Counted from the first letter of the stretch, positions 1 through 11,400 are shown. The stretch is 21,948 bases of DNA from Bugula neritina (GCA_964035545.1 CAXIUT010000054.1:32326-54273), one strand, 5' to 3'. Made by a program: numbers and translations. Notes: generated from the letters alone by a model not told the origin.

Positions 1-95
1 CCCAACCCCAACCCCAACCCCAACCCCAACCCCAACCCCAACCCCAACCCCAACCCCAACCCCAACCCCAACCCCAACCCCAACCCCAACCCCAA
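1..95 (+). repeat. Terminal telomeric repeat (CCCCAA)n / (TTGGGG)n, about 16 units, probable left macronuclear telomere
   Basis: Perfect C4A2 hexamer array at the start of the sequence with the C-rich strand 5', the orientation expected for a left chromosome end. C4A2 is the Tetrahymena-type ciliate telomere repeat. Confidence 0.85.
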
Positions 96-141
96 AACAA
101 CCAGATGCTAGGTTATACATATATCACTAAATAAAATAATT

Positions 142-966
142 ATGACCACTCTTCATTTACGCAAACCTCTCTCAATCCTGCCTTCGGAGTTAGAGATACC
201 TTCCAGACTAAGTGACTACAATCGTCATAGTGAACCTAAGACTAGACTGAATCACATCAAAATCAACAAAAATAAATTACCACTTGACTTTTTTCCAAAA
301 AAATAGTATTCTTTAAGAAAATACATCCACAAAAATCCTTTACCAATCGAATACACTGATTCTATGATTCCCATGAAATCAACTTAATCAGAAAGAATTC
401 ACTATACACAGGAAAAGTCTAATCTCGGGTATCATGGAAGCAATATTTTACAGTTGAATAGCAATATTGGATCTAATAGAGGTAGCAAGGTTCTCAATCG
501 TAAGTTTTAAACTAGAAATTAACCAAAAAGAGAGCTAATTTTATAACCTACTCGAAAACTTAATACTGCTGCCAAGGGAAATAAAGCAGAATTATTAGAG
601 TTATTTCCTCAAAGTTATGGAGAAATTAATTAATTTCTTACATCAAAAACTCAGTGCATGCGGGCGAGTAGAAAAGATCGTTCCCAAGTAGTTTTCAATC
701 CTGAACCATTGAATCCTTTTATCTAAGAAACTTGTGATACTTCTCTTCTAAGAGAGTACAAAGATTTTTAAACAAAAGGACTAAGAGATGGCAAATAATA
801 CTAGAATAAGTGCAAATAGTACTAGAATAAGGGCAAATAATACTAGAATAAAGTATTTTAGAATGAAACTAGGGAAATTGATGGAGATAAATCTGTGTAG
901 CCAATGACAATAACCTTTTATAATGCTAAATCAAGTTGTTTTCCACCAATCAATAGAAACAGTTGA
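142..966 (+). CDS. Hypothetical protein, 274 aa (TAA/TAG read as Glu), intronless, telomere-proximal
   Basis: ATG at 142 follows an AT-rich leader. The frame is free of TGA for 274 codons until TGA 964-966 (MTTLHLRKPLSILPSELEIP...SSCFPPINRNS). No domain recognised. Confidence 0.75.
790..852 (+). repeat. Coding tandem repeat, 3 x 21 nt, encoding (G/C)KEYENK
   Basis: ggcaaataatactagaataag / tgcaaatagtactagaataag / ggcaaataatactagaataaa. TAA and TAG alternate at the same codon position. Confidence 0.9.
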
Positions 967-1356
967 TAATTTTAATAATGATCGTTATGAAATTAATGAG
1001 TTAAAATAATTTTAGATCAAAAAAGTACAAATTGTCATCTATTAGATAAAAATATCTTTCTTCAACTGAACTAGATTTAAAAATTTAGTTCTTCAATATA
1101 ATCGAAAAGATAGAATATTCAGAACTTGCTTTATAACTTTTTTACTGAAATATTTAATATCTAATTTGGACTCCCTATTTAAAATAACTAAATAACCTTA
1201 GAAATAATATAGAAATTATTCATTATTTAAACTCATTATTGATCAAGATAATTCTAACTTGATTTTATATTTTATTTAGACTAGCTACCTAGATATTTTA
1301 TCTTTATTGCAATAGATCAATACTAGTTTTTCAAAGATAGATAATGCAAATAATTA

Positions 1357-1847
1357 TCATTGAACTCTATTTCCATCTCTTAGTAGCATTTGTTTGGTAT
1401 AAAAACTGCTATGTTTGATTTTAATGTGTTGATTCAGACTGCCTTCACTTCCATAGGATTTGTTGCAGTTATCAATAGAACAGTTGTAGTGTCGAGCGAT
1501 CTCAACAGCCGTCCTTCTCGTCCTCTTTTTCCTAGCACTATCATTCGACGTTTGAGATACGATATGCAATGCGCTTCGGCGTTCAGCTGGATCTGTCCCT
1601 AGTTCTCGGTGAAGCTATTCTATTTCTTCTTGAAGAATATTTAACTTAATGGTATTATTATTACTTTTTACTGCTTTTATAAGACTTGAAGATGGAGCTG
1701 AGTGGCTTCTAGGTAAAAAATTTGATCAATATTCATTGATGGATCTTGAGAGAGGAGGGATGTGAACTGTTGGGTGAGTTGAAGTTCAAGAGGATCAGGG
1801 GGGTTAGATTTAGGAGGAAGCGAATGCTACGACTAGGAACCAGACAT
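1357..1847 (-). CDS. C2H2 zinc-finger protein, about 156 aa; intron 1645-1664
   Basis: RKKRTRRTAVEIARHYNCSIDNCNKSYGSEGSLNQHIKIKH is a basic patch plus a C-x4-C-x12-H-x4-H finger. Removing a 20-nt GTA..AG intron joins it to ATG 1847. Ends at TGA 1359-1357. Confidence 0.88.
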
Positions 1848-2140
1848 AACGTTGGATCAACTTTTTTATTATTAAAATTTGGGTGGAGGACTAACAACTC
1901 AATAATTAATTGCGAATTATAATATTACATAACTTAGTAAACAATAAATAACATACAATTAAATGATCTACATTGTTTGATTCAAATTAAAAAGATCTTT
2001 ATTTCTTCTTATCCTAAAGAGTATAGCTATTCTTTCAAATTGAAAAAGAGCTCTTTATAAAGAATCAATCAAATAATATCTATTTACAAGTTTCGATAAC
2101 TTATCTAATTAATTTGAATAATTTAATTTGATATTATTAA

Positions 2141-3314
2141 ATGCAACAACTCTCTGATAATAGTGGAGTATAAACTCTCAGACAACTTAACAATAATACA
2201 CTAATTGAAGTCTAGCATGAATAAAGCAATGAACATATCATCAAAAATGAAACCTCTTAAGGTCACAGTCATCATCATAAGCATGAAGGACATCACTAAC
2301 ACTCACATAAAGGACATGGACATGATGAGTCCTAGCATGGAGGTTAAAATAAAAAACCAAAAAAGAAAAACTATCTGATCATAATGTACACAGTATTTAC
2401 CTGTCTGAGTTGTGTATATCTTTAGGTTTAAGTACTTTTATGTTAACACAGGTCCTCAATCCTTTCATAGCTGATTCAAAATCCCATTTGATGAGTTATT
2501 TTGACTTCTTTATCTTGATCATGTGTTTATGGAGCTATTTCCAGACAATGCGTATTTCATGCCGAGTTCCTAAACTAAATATCCCTGATCACATTCCCTA
2601 TCCAACTCTTCCGACCAAGAAATGCGATCGTTGCGACTATATCAAAGTTCCCAGAGTATCTCACTGCAGTTCATGTGGATATTGTATCTATCGACTGGAT
2701 CATCATTGCATATGGACTCAAACTTGTATTGGCTACTGCAATCAGAGACCTTTTTACCTCTTCTGTTTCTATATGACCATTGGAGTGCTACAGTTTTGGT
2801 ATTCTACCTGCAGAGTGGTTTCTTTGCTTAGTAGTGACTGCCATTTCTTTGGTACTTTCTAACCTGGAGTCTATGTCTTATGGTTTATAACTTGTATTTC
2901 AGCTAGTGCAGTGGGAGTGATGATTATTTGTCTGTGGATTGGACACACTCTAATGGTTACAACTAATTATACCACTTTGGATTCTATCAAAGCAAGGAAA
3001 GTATGTCCAATGCCTTTTTGCGAAACAAGACAAATCTATTATGATCCTTCTCATGTAATTTATGTTCTATTAAGCTTAATGACTTTGATAGAGGATAAGT
3101 ACCCAATTTAAAAACTTTATTCGGTGATAGCATCTTAACTTGCTGGCTACCTTTTGGAAGATATGTCTAAAATTAATTTTTATTTGATGCTATGAGTCCC
3201 TACATCAATAATTCCTTTAACGCCTTAGATAAAACTAGATATTCTGATGAACTTGTTCAGAAAAAAATCGAAGGAAAAGTAGTTAGAATCAATAACTAAA
3301 ACATATCCTTCTGA
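2141..3314 (+). CDS. DHHC-type protein S-palmitoyltransferase, about 377 aa, with His-rich N-terminus; introns 2432-2451, 3055-3074
   Basis: Cys-rich domain CDRCDYIKVPRVSHCSSCGYCIYRLDHHCIWTQTCIGYCNQRPFYLF, hydrophobic TM segments, NYTTLD (TTxE-like) and a C-terminal PaCCT-like NDFDRGEVPNLKTLFG...WLP that is recovered only after removing the second intron. Confidence 0.93.
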
Positions 3315-3388
3315 TAGTCAATAAAACTATAATTAATTAGTCAAAAATATCAATTTTAAAGTTATATTTAGTAATAAATAAAAAAATA

Positions 3389-6300
3389 TCAATTAAAAAA
3401 TAAAACAACTTCTTCAATAACTTTTTACCATATAAAATCCCCTATTCCCACTAAAACTTATGCCTCTTAATCATCAATAAACACTAGCTTTTCATCTAAC
3501 TATATTAACTATATTTATTTATTAATACATAGTCTTCTAAGAGATTATAGAGACGTTCAGAACGAATTTTTTAAATATAGTTATCAGGACGATCTGGAGG
3601 TAAAGTCAAAGGAGAAAATTATTTATCAGACAAATATCCACAACTATATCTAGAGAAAAGAACTGTTCTGTTGGCAGACTAAAGCATCACCATCTATTTT
3701 AAATTATAAATACATTTTTATACTATTAATTGTCTTTATGAGTAAATCTTGGCACACTTTTCCAGATAAATGGTTTACCCCATTGTCCATAAGGTCTATT
3801 CTTATCCATTTCTTAATTAAAAGTGTCAAAAATAGCTTTATTGTGAATATGCATGCCATTTCTTATCATTTTTAATCGACTTGTTTATTTTTATTCATTC
3901 TCATAGTATTGCTATATTTATATATTGAAAAGATATTTGCGATCGAACTCCATGTAAATTTATTCAGGAAGAATAGATGATATTTCTGTCATATTGTCTG
4001 ATCCTGAACGAGTTGAAGGCCAAATATATTTGAGAAGTTCTTAAGCAGTTGGTCCTACTGGAATAGATAGCTAATTATAGATATTTGATAAAATATTTGG
4101 ACAATCTCATTTATTATAAAAGTACCTTGGATATAATTGATTAATAGTTTGAGATAATTTTGGACTACATTTGGGTCTGTTTGAAATCCTTTTTTTTTAT
4201 TTTTACTTGATTTTTAATGTTTAACATAATCAACCAAAGATTTAAAAACTTTACTACCATGATTAAATTACAATGCAAGTTAAACACACAAATCTATCCA
4301 TAAATATTAGAAAATATCTTCTTTTTATTAATTTTTAATCTCTAAAAATGATGATATCTTATGTTTAGGTTGTTCTGGAGAAGTGAGTTCATAAACCTGC
4401 CCAAAATCTTCATAACTAGCTGATTACTATTCTTTTTATTCTGACATTTCACATAAAAGTTTCTTTTTATTATTATGAGAATGACTAGATTCATGACTAT
4501 CATCTTCATAATCATATTCAATTCTTTATACGCTATCGATAAATATGCAATTTTTAAGTACATGATCTTGACTATCTGAGGAAGGAGGGTCAATTAAACA
4601 GATATCTGTGGTGTTTTTAAAAAGATGAGATTCGAGAAATGATTTTTAAGAATTGTTTATTTCTGATGAATTTTATTTTGGAGGACTTTTTAAAAATTAA
4701 GTATTTTTAGGAAATAATTAAGATGATTGATATATTTTTGGAGTCAAAAGAGTAATATTTTAATTTTTATATAGATTATTGACTTTCTAATTTATTTCTT
4801 AAGTTTTATGATCGAAATATTTAACTGGTACTTATTAGATTTTATTTTTGTTATTTTATAAATATTTTTTGGCATAAGTAAATCCTTCCCAAAGTTGTTC
4901 TCTTCTCTTACGAGTCTATTTTATTTATATCTCGATAGCTTGTCTAACTTTTTATCTTTATTTTTCTTTCTATTAAGAAACAGGTAAATTGTATCTTTAA
5001 GAATTGATATTTTAATTAAGTTGTAGATGAAGTTATTTTTATCTTTCAACTAAAATTTAATTAAGAACGTTAATATTATAGATCTATTCATTTTATTTTT
5101 ATATTCCTTCCTTATTCTGGTCTCTATCTTCTTACTCTTTATTGAACTCGACTGATCTCAGTTCTTTCGATCCAATACATCCAAGAGGCAGAATGGATCT
5201 TATTTTAGATAATAGTATCTATCTATTTTATTGACCAAGAATATCTGTGTTGCAAATTAAGTCAATGACTTCTTATATTCTCCTCTCAGATTGCTGTGAT
5301 TCTTGAGACTCTTGTGGAAATTGTTTGGAAAGAGAATCAGATTTAATTCCTTCTCTTTTCTCTTCCTCGTTTTACTATAATTTCAAAATCTAGGAATAGT
5401 CTGATGAACTTTATATTTTTTTGATTTCTTTATTAAACATCTGTAAATATTTGTCTATGATAACTTTTGTTTAAAGTGGCTATTGACATTCCTTTTTACT
5501 TTAAGAATTCATATTCTAGACTTTCTTTATGATTTTTGAAGAAAGCTATTTACTAAGAGCCATTGATTAAAACTGCCTAATTTCTCTTACTTGTTAGGGC
5601 TACTCTGTGGGAATACGATGAGTCACCTCCGTCAATGGCTATATTTATCCTTTACTACAAAAAAGAGAACTCGTGTTTGAGTACAAACTATTAATCTTTG
5701 AAGGAAAAGGTAGTGCCTATATTTTTACATTATGTTGACTTTTCTCAGATTTTTTTCCTCTCAAAGATGACTTACATCTTCTTGATATAAGCTACAAACT
5801 TTTCCATTCGTACTTTTGCAGAGAAGTATCATTTGTACTTGTTAAATGTTTGGAAGGTTTACTATTGAATGATTTAGAGTGATTATTCTTTTTAATAAAA
5901 TTGTACTAAACAGACTGTGATTCTTTTTTTAATACATTTTTATGCACTTTTTTCTTCTAATTAACACTTTTTTTTCTTTTGTTTTGTTCTTTTTTTTCAG
6001 GAATAGGAGGATAATAATCTCTAAGTTAACTTTTTGTATTTCTTTTAGGAATTTACTGTATAATTTGATTGACTTGCTTTCCTTTTTACTTTAATTTGTT
6101 TTAAATGGCATCAAAAGTAGGATAAAATTTACCTTAAAGATCCATAGACTTTCCTTTTTTATGTTTAGTTTTACATGGAGATCGTTTTAAGACTTATCCA
6201 AACTGATTAATTTATATTTTGAGATGATTATCTACATTTTTGATGTGATTATCAACACCTTTGATAAGTGAAGGTGATTTAGGAAACTTTTTTTGTTATC

Positions 6301-6432
6301 TTATTGACATTTGTTCATTGATTTTATCTATGAAGTTGACGGATTTCAATTAAACTGACTCGCTATTTAAGATAAAATATACTTTAGTTTGAATTTTTGA
6401 ATATCTTTAGAGTTTTATTTGAATGTATTCAT
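3389..6432 (-). CDS. Large low-complexity protein (about 987 aa) with C-terminal DUF4378/CEP350-C-terminus-like domain; introns 3509-3528, 3694-3713, 4106-4125, 6363-6382; start uncertain
   Basis: The frame is TGA-free for more than 2.2 kb. C-terminal motifs GFQTD..VQNYL, HIHNKAIFDTFNEEMDKNRPYG and FIDDEEAEVLVGIGDFIWEKVIEE resemble the DUF4378-type acidic helical C-terminus (recognised from memory). An alternative start is the ATG near 6310. Confidence 0.75.
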
Positions 6433-6687
6433 CCTCAGATGTGATATTCAATTTATATTATTAACAGATAAATAAATTCAAATTCTTTTAATTAACTATT
6501 TCCTCTTCTTTACTGGCTATTTTTCCTTTTTGATATCTATTTCAATGATTCAAATCAATTATATCTCAAAGCAATTAAAATATATCTTTCTCTATATTTA
6601 CACCATTATTTTTGTATTTATTAATGTTGATGAGTTATTTTGTGAGTCTTCTAGAAAAATCATTATGATATAACCATTAATCAACGA

Positions 6688-7615
6688 ATGATAAACAGTC
6701 GAATGCCTTTTAAATCTCAATCAATGAATCTAGTCCACAAAACAGAGTAGGGATCCTAACTGTGGCTAGGTGATTTTTTTGCTGCCTCCAATGTTACTCT
6801 TCTCAAACAGAAGTAGATCAAATCAGGTACTTTATTTTGTAGTTAGTTTTAACAGCCGCAGCAATGCTAGGGATCAGCTATGGAAAGTAACATCAAATTA
6901 CTCATAAAACTATCAATGCTTTTGACCTGCCAAGTTATAAAATGACCCCACATTTTGATGAAGCTTTTAAATTTATCGATTAAGGATTAAAAAGAGGAAA
7001 CGTTTTAGTTCACTGTGCAGCTGGTATATCAAGAGTATTTCTTTAATTACATAGTCTACAACTTGTGTAATTGTCTATCTCATGAGAAACTAAGGAATGA
7101 CTTTCAAAAAAGCTTTAGATTATGTCCGATCCAAAAGAGGAATTGTTTGTCCTAATGAAGGTTTCCAGAGAGAATTAAAGCGATTCTAACTTACTGTCAA
7201 AAAAAAACCTCAAACAAATCAAATGGAAAGAGATAAAATAGAATAAAAAATGAGACATTCTCAACAAAGTGAAGAAAAACAAGTGGTAATGGAATTTTTA
7301 AAGGAATAAAAAAAAGAATAAGGCAAAAATTAAACAAAAATGAACTCCACTGTTGGAAACAACTACAACAACAAGACATATTTTTCTAACAACAAAGATT
7401 ATAAAGGCTTAGCTCGAGGAACATCCTTAAACTACAATAATAAGAGGAATAATAGCAATATGTTTGTTGAAAATGGAAACAAATTTAATAATAATGGAGT
7501 TAAATCTAATAATAAACCAGTTGTCAATACTAAGGCTGAGGGAACTTCAAAGATAACTCAACAATTTTTGACATTTAAGTTAGAAAATCCAAAGATTGTG
7601 ACCATCAAAAAGTGA
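6688..7615 (+). CDS. Dual-specificity protein phosphatase (atypical DUSP), about 295 aa, Asn/Lys-rich tail; introns 6827-6846, 7035-7054
   Basis: LWLGD, general-acid loop NAFDLPSY, catalytic VLVHCAAGISR|S (HCx5R), then VYLM and KRGIVCPNEGF motifs. Ends at TGA 7613-7615. Confidence 0.94.
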
Positions 7616-7865
7616 TCAAATCGATTAATATTTACATAAATAAAATTAATTAACAAAAATGTCAAATTATTAATTATTCTTATTAAATGGTTTTCTATTT
7701 TTATTATTACTTAACCTATCAAAAGACATATAATTTTGATATTTTTCATAATTAATAACTTTTTTTCGCTCCTAACAAAATAATAAAAGTGAGAAATACA
7801 TAAAGAACTTATTGATATATCAGACTCATGAAAGATAATATATAATTATCAAATTTTACCATAAA

Positions 7866-8330
7866 ATGCAAACACGTATTATTTTGCTATTATCATTCAT
7901 CTCAATAGCAATATGTCAGTACTACCCCATTCCTAATTACTAAATCCGTCGCCCTCTACAGTACTTCTTTCACTTGCTCGAACTTAAATCAAAATTCAAC
8001 CCTATGCTATCAAATGTAATTCCTGAATATAACTCTTGTTCTTCAAAGAGAGGTCCCTTCTGTTTGATAACTGATCATGCTCCTTTCCAGTCATATGAGT
8101 ATAAAGTGTCACAAATGTCAGAGCAAACAAAGTTATTATATAACACTTTATCAGTTCAACAGCAACAAAACTATTAGTCATATCAAAACTATCTGAATAA
8201 TGAACATAATACCCCAACCCCAACCCCAACCCCAACCCCAACCCCAACCCCAACCCCAACCCCAACCCCAACCCCAACCCCAACCCCAACCCCTATACTA
8301 CCAACATAAAAGTTCTAGAAAATCAATTGA
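7866..8330 (+). CDS. Small putative secreted protein, 154 aa, with C-terminal (Thr-Pro)14 tract
   Basis: ATG 7866 and signal-peptide-like MQTRIILLLSFISIAIC|QYY. The frame stays open through the ACCCCA tract (...YLNNEHN-(TP)14-ILPTEKFEKIN) to TGA 8328-8330. Confidence 0.72.
8211..8293 (+). repeat. Interstitial telomeric repeat (CCCCAA), about 14 units, same orientation as the terminal tract
   Basis: Perfect ACCCCA array from 8211, ending ...ACCCC|TATAC. Confidence 0.97.
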
Positions 8331-8479
8331 TTAATAAGTGATAATTACTATTGAATCATTATCAACTTTTTTATTAAAGAATTATTGTTTTAAGCTATAT
8401 GTTAGTTTCTGATAATTTGAATGATTTCTGAGTGAGATATATCAATAATTCATAAATCTTTTACAATCAAGTAATTCCA

Positions 8480-11400
8480 ATGCTGCGAGAATACATGAGT
8501 GAACTCAAAAACTATAACTTCTATGAAGAGTTCCGTAAAGACTACTTCATCGACGCCTATGACTAACACCGTTGGAAAGTTGGACGCATCAAAAATATTG
8601 CCAAATATGGTATCAGAACCACTGTGCAAGTCCACTTTGATGGATATTCAGTCCGGTTCGATTAAGTACATACCCCAATATATAGAACTATGATCTTCCC
8701 TCCTCACATAAATTGGCTCCCTTTCGAACTCATACCTTGCCTTATACCGGCCATACTTAAATCGAACCCAAGAGGGAATAAGGAGATATCAAAGCTTCAA
8801 CTCTTCTGAAGGAATTAGCTAAACTAACAAAATCATAGAAAAGTGAAAAGTTTAAACCTTCATATCTGAACCAGTTTTTGCGTGGATAATTGTTTATTGC
8901 TGCTGACTATTATTGTTGTAAAAAATTCTACTAAAACAAAAAGGATGTAGAGGAGGGTGCTAATTTTTTGGTCAACTATATTAAAGAGTCAAGTAAATTA
9001 CTTCATCAAAGTATATAATTCCTTCAAGATGTATTTAATCGTTGATTTAGCTTTAAAAATAAAGTAATTTCTAAGTAAATTTGTTTACTGTTCACCCAAG
9101 AATTGCTCTCATCATGGCCAATACTTAATTTTTATTTGTTATTAACTCGTTAGTTGGCAATAAAGATCAAAGAGTTGAGTTATATAAAAATTATGCCAAG
9201 ATATCAGGAGATGATCTTCAAAAATTCTTTAAAAAGTTAGTTCTATAAAATAAGATTCTTTAGTCTTGTCAAAAGATACTAGATTTTAAAACTACCAATG
9301 GAAGAGGACTACCTTGGTCACTTAAAAAATAAATTTCTATTTTATTCCATTTTATGAAAGAAGGCTATGTTTTTCCTATGCCTTCAGATCATCGTGAACT
9401 CATAGAAGTGCTTGATTATATGAACTACTTTAGTATTAAAGGCTTACTTCCAAGAGAATAGGAATAAAAAAAGAGTCTTGAGTTGATAGTCCACTTAATT
9501 GTAACTGGTAATTTCTAAGGAAGGCTCAGAGGATTAAATGAACTTAAAAAAATTATTGACTATAGTTCATATCGTAAAAAGGATCCCTTATTGAATTAAT
9601 TTAAGTCAAAAGATTTGTTAAACTTTTTGATAGACAACAAAAACTTTAATCCTGAGTTATTCAAACGATCTATTCCTGTATTCTAATTTGCTAGCAAACA
9701 TAATATGCTAAAGTAGCAACACCTAGCTCAAATCTTATCGTATTTTATTGTTTATTTAGATTGCATAAAGACAAACACGAGTTGGAGATTAAAACTTTTT
9801 ATAATTCATTATCATAATTTCCATCTTTTCTTGATCAAGATACAGTCAAGTCATTTCTAAAACAAATCATCGATTTATGTCCTCTCAATTAAATGCTAGT
9901 CACTCTTGTTAAATAGTACACCATCAATGCTCTTTCTAAAAATACTTACTACAGAAAAGAGTATTGTAAATAAGGAAATTAACTAGGTTTAACTTTTTAT
10001 TGGAATTTAATCATCTCTGAAGTAACTATGCTTCCATTCCAACTCAAAATCAAGGTAGTTGAAGCCTTTGCAGCTATTATTGGAGATCTTTATTACTCAA
10101 GAGAGGTTTAAAAATACATGTCTCTTGCTATAAAAGGAATCGCCAATCGTAAAAACTTAGAATTTTATTTCAAAGTTATCCATGAAACCTTGAAGCTATC
10201 AAAGGTCAACAGAATCGCTCGGGCTATCTAGACAGTTGAAAAAGAGGTAAATATTGTTGACTGTGTCCTTGATGGACTAAAGACATCTCAGAATATCACT
10301 GATAATTTATGGGAGTGTATGTTTGAATTTTTAGAAGAAGTAACTTTCATAAGTCGCAAGAAGTTGACTTTCAAGCAGGTTTATTAGTTCTGGAAAATAA
10401 AAGATGCCAGAAGATACTTTTTGAATTTTTTGAGAAAGTATCGCCTGAAGAAAGATGAAGACAAATCTCACCAAAAAATAATATATAAGCAGATATCTCC
10501 TGATCTTATAAGGGAACTTAGTGAAAGGATCTTTATGGAAAACAAAGAAATGGACTACTAAAATATGAGTCTTGAACTGTATCAAACAGTAGATTAACTA
10601 CTTATATCTTACAACAACCACTACAACATCTTTGACTACAACTTTAAACACACCATCAGAACCAGATATGTAGACAAGATATATGGACTTGAGTTTTATC
10701 TCAATGTCATTAATTGCTGTCAAAGCATAGAAATTGTTGAAAAAGCTATCCATCGATTTGTATAATTTGGAGCTAGAGTTCCCTAATTAAATCGATCTTT
10801 AGAAGCTCAAAGAATGAATAACTGGACCTTTATCCTAGACAAACTCAGTAAACTAAAAAAGCATACCTTACTTGCATATAAAATATTGCTCGAAGATCTG
10901 AAAGGTAGAATGAAGAGTCTTACCATTGTAGATTCAGACACTATCTCTATCATGGTACTCAATCGAAGTACAAACTAAAAAAGAAACATCACTGTACCTC
11001 GATACACTTCTTTATGGAAATTTAGACATATTATAGGTATAGAGTTTCACCTTTAATCTTTATCATTCGAGATGAATACCCTATCTACTCATTCCTATAA
11101 AGAATCTTACTTTGAAAGAGAAGAAGATTATTCAGTTATGTTGATCAGTCATACCAAATAAAAAATACCAGTCATAATTATACCAAATAATAAAGCAATC
11201 AAACATCCTCATCTAGAATCTCTTGATAATTTTTATAAAGTAATATCAGATAGCAAAGGAGAGTAACTAATCGAGTGGCTGACAAAGGAAGATGGAGGTG
11301 AGGCACTAGCTATTTTATAAAAATTACCTTTAGTAAGAAAGCTGCATGATAAGATAACAAAAGTAAACTTTAAGGATCAAAATTAGATTTTAGATTCTAA

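Noticed and set aside
8002-8289. ORF-track protein MGLGLGLGL... on the minus strand
   Set aside because: It is the antisense reading of the telomeric tract with a non-ATG start, and it overlaps the better-supported plus-strand gene.
8672-8678. Single ACCCCAA telomere-like unit inside a USP intron
   Set aside because: One unit is expected by chance.
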